Source: Macrostomum lignano
Lineage: Eukaryota
Assembly: GCA_002269645.1 (NCBI GenBank)
Contig: NIVC01000669.1
Coordinates: 1 to 64,000, forward strand
Direction of reading: 5' to 3'
DNA length: 64,000 nucleotides
In this document: positions 58,503-64,000 of the stretch, piece after piece
Layout of the letters: each line of letters begins with the position of its first letter
How positions within the stretch are numbered: the stretch's first letter is position 1
Notes under the pieces: model-generated
Database searches by the model: none
What the model was told of the DNA's origin: nothing
The model's input: the letters and a program-made list of their open reading frames with translations, nothing else
Position numbers and translations under genes: made by a program

Positions 58503-60850
58503 AATATGGCTGTGACTTTGCGGATATGGCTATGACTTTGATACTGCTGTGACTTTGAGGATATGGCTGTGACTTTGATACTGTTGTGACTTTGAGGATA
58601 TGGCTGTGACTTTCATACTGTTGTGACTTTGAGGATATGGCTGTGACTTTGCGGATATGGCTGTGACTTTGCGGATATGGCTATGACTTTGATACTGTTG
58701 TGACTTTGAGGATAAGGCTGTGACTTTGCGGATATGGCTGTGACTTTGAGGATATGGCTGTGACTTTGCGGATATGGCTATGACTTTGATACTGTTGTGA
58801 CTTTGAGGATATGGCTGTGACTTTGCGGATATGGCTGTGACTTTGATACTGTTGTGACTTTGAGGATATGGCTGTGACTTTGCGGATATGGCTATGACTT
58901 TGATACTGTTGTGACTTTGAGGATAAGGCTGTGACTTTGCGGATATGGCTGTGACTTTGATACTGTTGTGACTTTGAGGATAAGGCTGTGACTTTGCGGA
59001 TATGGCTGTGACTTTGCGGATATGGCTATGACTTTGATACTGTTGTGACTTTGAGGATAAGGCTGTGACTTTGCGGATATGGCTGTGACTTTGATACTGT
59101 TGTGACTTTGAGGATAAGGCTGTGACTTTGCGGATATGGCTATGACTTTGATACTGTTGTGACTTTGAGGATAAGGCTGTGACTTTGCGGATATGGCTGT
59201 GACTTTGCGGATATGGCTATGACTTTGATACTGTTGTGACTTTGAGGATAAGGCTGTGACTTTGCGGATATGGCTGTGACTTTGAGGATAAGGCTGTGAC
59301 TTTGCGGATATGGCTGTGACTTTGCGGATATGGCTATGACTTTGATACTGTTGTGACTTTGAGGATAAGGCTGTGACTTTGCGGATATGGCTGTGACTTT
59401 GCGGATATGGCTATGACTTTGATACTGTTGTGACTTTGAGGATAAGGCTGTGACTTTGCGGATATGGCTATGACTTTGATACTGTTGTGACTTTGAGGAT
59501 AAGGCTGTGACTTTGCGGATATGGCTGTGACTTTGCGGATATGGCTATGACTTTGATACTGTTGTGACTTTGAGGATAAGGCTGTGACTTTGCGGATATG
59601 GCTATGACTTTGATACTGTTGTGACTTTGAGGATAAGGCTGTGACTTTGCGGATATGGCTATGACTTTGATACTGTTGTGACTTTGAGGATATGGCTGTG
59701 ACTTTGATACTGTTGTGACTTTGAGGATAAGGCTGTGACTTTGCGGATATGGCTATGACTTTGATACTGTTGTGACTTTGAGGATATGGCTGTGACTTTG
59801 AGGATATGGCTGTGACTTTGATACTGTTGTGACTTTGAGGATAAGGCTGTGACTTTGCGGATATGGCTATGACTTTGATACTGTTGTGACTTTGAGGATA
59901 TGGCTGTGACTTTGATACTGTTGTGACTTTGAGGATATGGCTATGACTTTGATACTGTTGTGACTTTGAGGATATGGCTATGACTTTGATACTGTTGTGA
60001 CTTTGAGGATATGGCTATGACTTTGGTACTGTTGTGACTTTGAGGATATGGCTATGACTTTGATACTGTTGTGACTTTGCGGATATGGCTGTGACTTTGA
60101 TACTGTTGTGAATTTGATACTGTTGTGACTTTGATACTGTTGTGACTTTGATACTGTTGTGACTTTGCGGATATGGTTGTGACTTTGAGGATATGGCTGT
60201 GACTTTGCGGATATGGCTGTGACTTTGAGGATATGGCTGTGACTTTGATACTGTTGTGACTTTGCGGATATGGCTGTGACTTTGATACTGTTGTGACTTT
60301 GCGGATATGGTTGTGACTTTGATACTGTTGTGACTTTGCGGATATGGCTGTGACTTTGATACTGTTGTGACTTTGCGGATATGGTTGTGACTTTGAGGAT
60401 ATGGCTGTGACTTTGAGGATATGGCTGTGACTTTGAGGATATGGCTGTGACTTTGAGAATATAGTTGTGAGTTTGAGGATATGTTTGACTTTGAGGAAAT
60501 GGTGGTGACTTTGAGGAAATGGTGGTGACTTTGAGGATATGGTGGTGACTTTGAGGAAATGGTGGTGACTTGAGGATATGGTTGACTTTGAGGAAATGGT
60601 GGTGACTTTGAGAAAATGGTGGTGACTTTGAGGAAATGATGGTGACTTTGAGGAAATGGTGGTGACTTTGAGGAAATGGTGGTGACTTGAGGATATGGTT
60701 GACTTTGAGGATATGGTTTTGATTTTAAGGATATGGTTTTGATTTTAAGGATATGGTTTTGATTTTAAGGATATGGTTGACTTTGAGGATATGGTGGTGA
60801 CTTTGAGGATTTGGTGGTGACTTTGAGGATATGGTGGTGACTTTGAGGAC
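58503..60850. repeat. Composite 18-20 bp satellite (GGATATGGCTGTGACTTTGC / GATACTGTTGTGACTTTGA) with higher-order patterns
   Basis: About 2.3 kb of variants sharing the GTGACTTTG core. Confidence 0.95.
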
Positions 60851-61779
60851 ATGTTCGTGGTGACCCGAAGGTTTAGATATGGGATGGCGGTTTTGTCACA
60901 CCTGAAATCGTCATCAAGTTGACTGATACCAATGAAGCATTATAAATTTAGCCCTAACAGTCAAGCAGACAGATAAAATTCCATACTGTCATCAATATTA
61001 ATTTAGCCAGCAGTTTTGAATAGCCAAAAGCAAGCAGGCATAATTCTGAAGGCAGTGAAATTTTCTATTATGGAATAAAACAGGATCAAGTGGGGATAGG
61101 AATAAACACGAAGCGAAAAAAATTATAAGCTTTATAAAGACACAAATTTACATGATGGCACATTAGCTATATTTTGGATAAAAGTAGCAAAAAAGCAAAT
61201 TACTAATAAAAATAAAGTGCAGCAGTAAGCAGAGAGAGGTTATAAGAATGTAGCAGTATAATTGTAATAAAGCCACTAATACATGTATACAAACTTAATT
61301 CACTGCAACTAGAGAGACGTCGTTCACCAACAGATGTAAAATTTCGGTCTTCAACATTTGAGAGATTCCGATATGAAAAAAACGATCTAATCAACCTCTT
61401 CAATGTCATTCTTACAGGCACATAAAGTTATTGGAATGCGGATTAGCTTAGCAACTATAGTTCGTTGGTCAAGCGAGCGAGCAACAAGTTGATGATAGAA
61501 TAGAATTCGAAAAATTCCAAAAAATTGCCAGACAGTGAAATGGACAAATTGACACAGGTAAAAATCGGTGCCAGCTGGATGAAAACATGTCCTGACAGTG
61601 TAAATAAGTGACAAATAAACGGTTCTTTACCTGGTGATTAACAATGAAGCGTAAACTACTTATAGTAACTGGCCATTGTACAAATAGATAAATAAAATTG
61701 CATATAAAACACTGAATATATTAGTAGGTTGATTAACCAATTTACCAATTTAGAGTATGGGGAAAATTGTCAAATATGG

Positions 61780-63190
61780 GAGTAGATCTGTCCCTGATAT
61801 GGGAGTAAATCTGTCTCTAATGTGGAAGTAGATCTGTCTCTAATATGGGAATAGATCTGTCTCTCATATGGGAGTAAATCTGTCTCTAATGTGGAAGTAG
61901 ATCTGTCTCTAATATGGGAATAGATCTGTCTCTCAATGTGGGAGTAGATCTGTCTCTAATATGGGAATAGATCTGTCTCTCAATGTGGGAGTAGATCTGT
62001 CTCTAATATGGGAATAGATCTGTCTCTCAATGTGGGAGTAGATCTGTCTCTTAATGTGGGAGTAGATCTGTCTCTCAATGTGGGAGTAAATCTGTCTCTA
62101 ATGTGGAAGTAGATCTGTCTCTAATATGGGAGTAGATCTGTCTCTAATATGGGAGTAAATCTGTCTCTAATGTGGAAGTAGATCTGTCTCTAATATGGGA
62201 ATAGATCTGTCTCTCATATGGGAGTATATCTGTCTCTTAATGTGGGAGTAGATCTGTCTCTAATATGGGAATAGATCTGTCTCTGATATGGGAATAGATC
62301 TGTCTCTCATATGGGAGTAAATCTGTCTCTTAATGTGGGAGTAGATCTGTCTCTCATATGGGAGTAGATCTGTCTCTAATATGGGAGTAAATCTGTCTCT
62401 AATGTGGAAGTAGATCTGTCTCTAATATGGGAATAGATCTGTCTCTCATATGGGAGTATATCTGTCTCTTAATGTGGGAGTAGATCTATCTCTCAATGTG
62501 GGAGTAAATCTGTCTCTAATATGGGAATAGATCTGTCTCTGATATGGGAATGGATCTGCACTGATATGGGAATAGATCTATCTTTAATATGGGGGAATAG
62601 ATCTGTCTCTCATATGGGAATAGATCTATCACTAATATGGGAATAGATCTGTCTCTGATATGGGAATAGATCTATCACTAATATGGGAATAGATCTATCA
62701 CTAATATGGGAATAGATCTATCACTAATATGGGAATAGATCTATCTCTAATATGGGAATAGATCTATCTCTAATATGGGAATAGATCTATCACTAATATA
62801 GGAATAGATCTGTCTCTGATATGGGAATGGATCTGCACTGATAAGGGAATAGATCTGTCTCTAATATGGGAATAGATCTGTCTCTGATATGGGAATAGAT
62901 CTATCTCTAATATGGGAATAGATCTGTCTCTCATATGGGAGTAAATCTGTCTCTCAATGTGGGAGTAGATCTGTCTCTAATATGGGAATAGATCTGTCTC
63001 TGATATGGGAATAGATCTATCTCTAATATAGGAATAGATCTATCTCTAATATGGGAATAGATCTGTCTCTGATATGGGAATGGATCTGCACTGATAAGGG
63101 AATAGATCTGTCTCTAATATGGGAATAGATCTGTCTCTGATATGGGAATAGATCTGTCTCTCATATGGGAATAGATCTGCACTGATATTA
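61780..63190. repeat. 23-bp minisatellite (TATGGGAATAGATCTGTCTCTAA)n
   Basis: About 60 units with variants. Confidence 0.93.
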
Positions 63191-63350
63191 TATGGGAGAT
63201 AACTTTATATAGCTAGGTCAATATTTAAAAAAGTTAACTTTGGCTTAAAAGTTGAACATTAGCAACAACAGCTTGGCAGACATTGTCTCATGGAAGCCAG
63301 TCGCGAGTTCGCATATTAAAAGTACATAACAGACTAATATAGCTGTTAGT

Positions 63351-63596
63351 TTAATAATTTCCGTAGGCTGGCGGAGCCTCCATGCGGTGCTCAGAGGCGG
63401 GATAAGCGGCACCGCCGCCACCGTCGCCTCCGCCGCCGCTAACGGTGGCCGAGGTGGTGCTGTGCTCGGTGCGGTAGGCGTGGCCGCACTCGCCCCGATG
63501 AAACTCGTGATTGAGAGCGCCGCCGGGTTGGCGCCATTTTAAAAACATGAAATACCCGATAGCGATGTGTAGCCCGAGCGCTGGGACGCAGAACAC
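63351..63596 (-). CDS. Probable terminal coding exon of a membrane protein (last TM helix plus tail with PPAY motif); rest of gene lies beyond the window
   Basis: Minus-strand acceptor CACACTCCAG|GTG; hydrophobic FCVPALGLHIAIGYFMFL; GC-rich codons; APPAYGNY*. Confidence 0.55.
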   Translation of the reverse strand: MFCVPALGLHIAIGYFMFLKWRQPGGALNHEFHRGECGHAYRTEHSTTSATVSGGGGDGGGGAAYPASEHRMEAPPAYGNY

Positions 63597-63719
63597 CTGG
63601 AGTGTGCGGTTTGCTAGCAGTGATTTTCTTGAATATTGGGTGACTATTGCTAATTATATAATCTATAATACTGGATTATGTTAATCTAGACGTCCATTTC
63701 AGAAGATTTTTACATATTA

Positions 63720-63985
63720 GATTCCAATGTCTAGATCCCGGATTGCAATTTCTAGATCCCTATGTCTAGATCTGGATTGCAATTTCTAGATTCCGGATTC
63801 CACTGGCTAGATCCTGGATTCCACTGTCTAAATCCTGGATTCCAATGTCTAGATTCCGGATTCCACTGGCTAGATTCTGGATTCCACTGTCTGAATCCTG
63901 GATTCCAATGTTTAGATCCTGGACTCCACTGGCTAGATCCTGGATTCCAATATTTAGATCCCGCAATTTGTTGTGTAGATCCGGG
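63720..63985. repeat. 21-bp minisatellite (TCTAGATCCTGGATTCCAATG)n
   Basis: About 12 degenerate units. Confidence 0.85.
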
Positions 63986-64000
63986 ATTCCTGTGTTGTAC

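Overview
Eukaryotic (metazoan) genomic DNA. The GC-rich exons, dense intronic minisatellites, RTE LINE and Gly/Tyr-rich secreted protein suggest a free-living flatworm such as Macrostomum (inference only). Bases 1-22619 are a minus-strand head-to-tail array of a ~10.79-kb Ty3/Gypsy LTR retroelement sharing 1052-bp LTRs (LTR-body-LTR-body-LTR). The best candidate for an undescribed system is this element. Its single 2439-aa ORF reads Gag(CCHC) - acidic spacer - internal signal peptide - herpes-gB/chuvirus-like (class III) glycoprotein with furin site and TM helix - clustered ESCRT late-domain motifs (LYPSI, PTAP, PPNY) - protease - RT - RNase H - integrase. The envelope is therefore embedded in frame between Gag and Pol. 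Two paralogous double-RING accessory genes follow, one starting with a myristoylation motif (MGNAQS). The rest of the window holds a (GYGS)n secreted protein, a TBATA/SPATIAL-like coding segment and a 5'-truncated RTE LINE with a 12-bp TSD. It also holds a complete 8-exon CELF3-6/bru-3/unc-75-type gene (28234-53778, 537 aa) with satellite-filled introns and two candidate unannotated cassette exons, a 46-bp hAT-like MITE, further satellites, and a terminal exon of a minus-strand membrane-protein gene. All homology calls are by eye; no searches were run.
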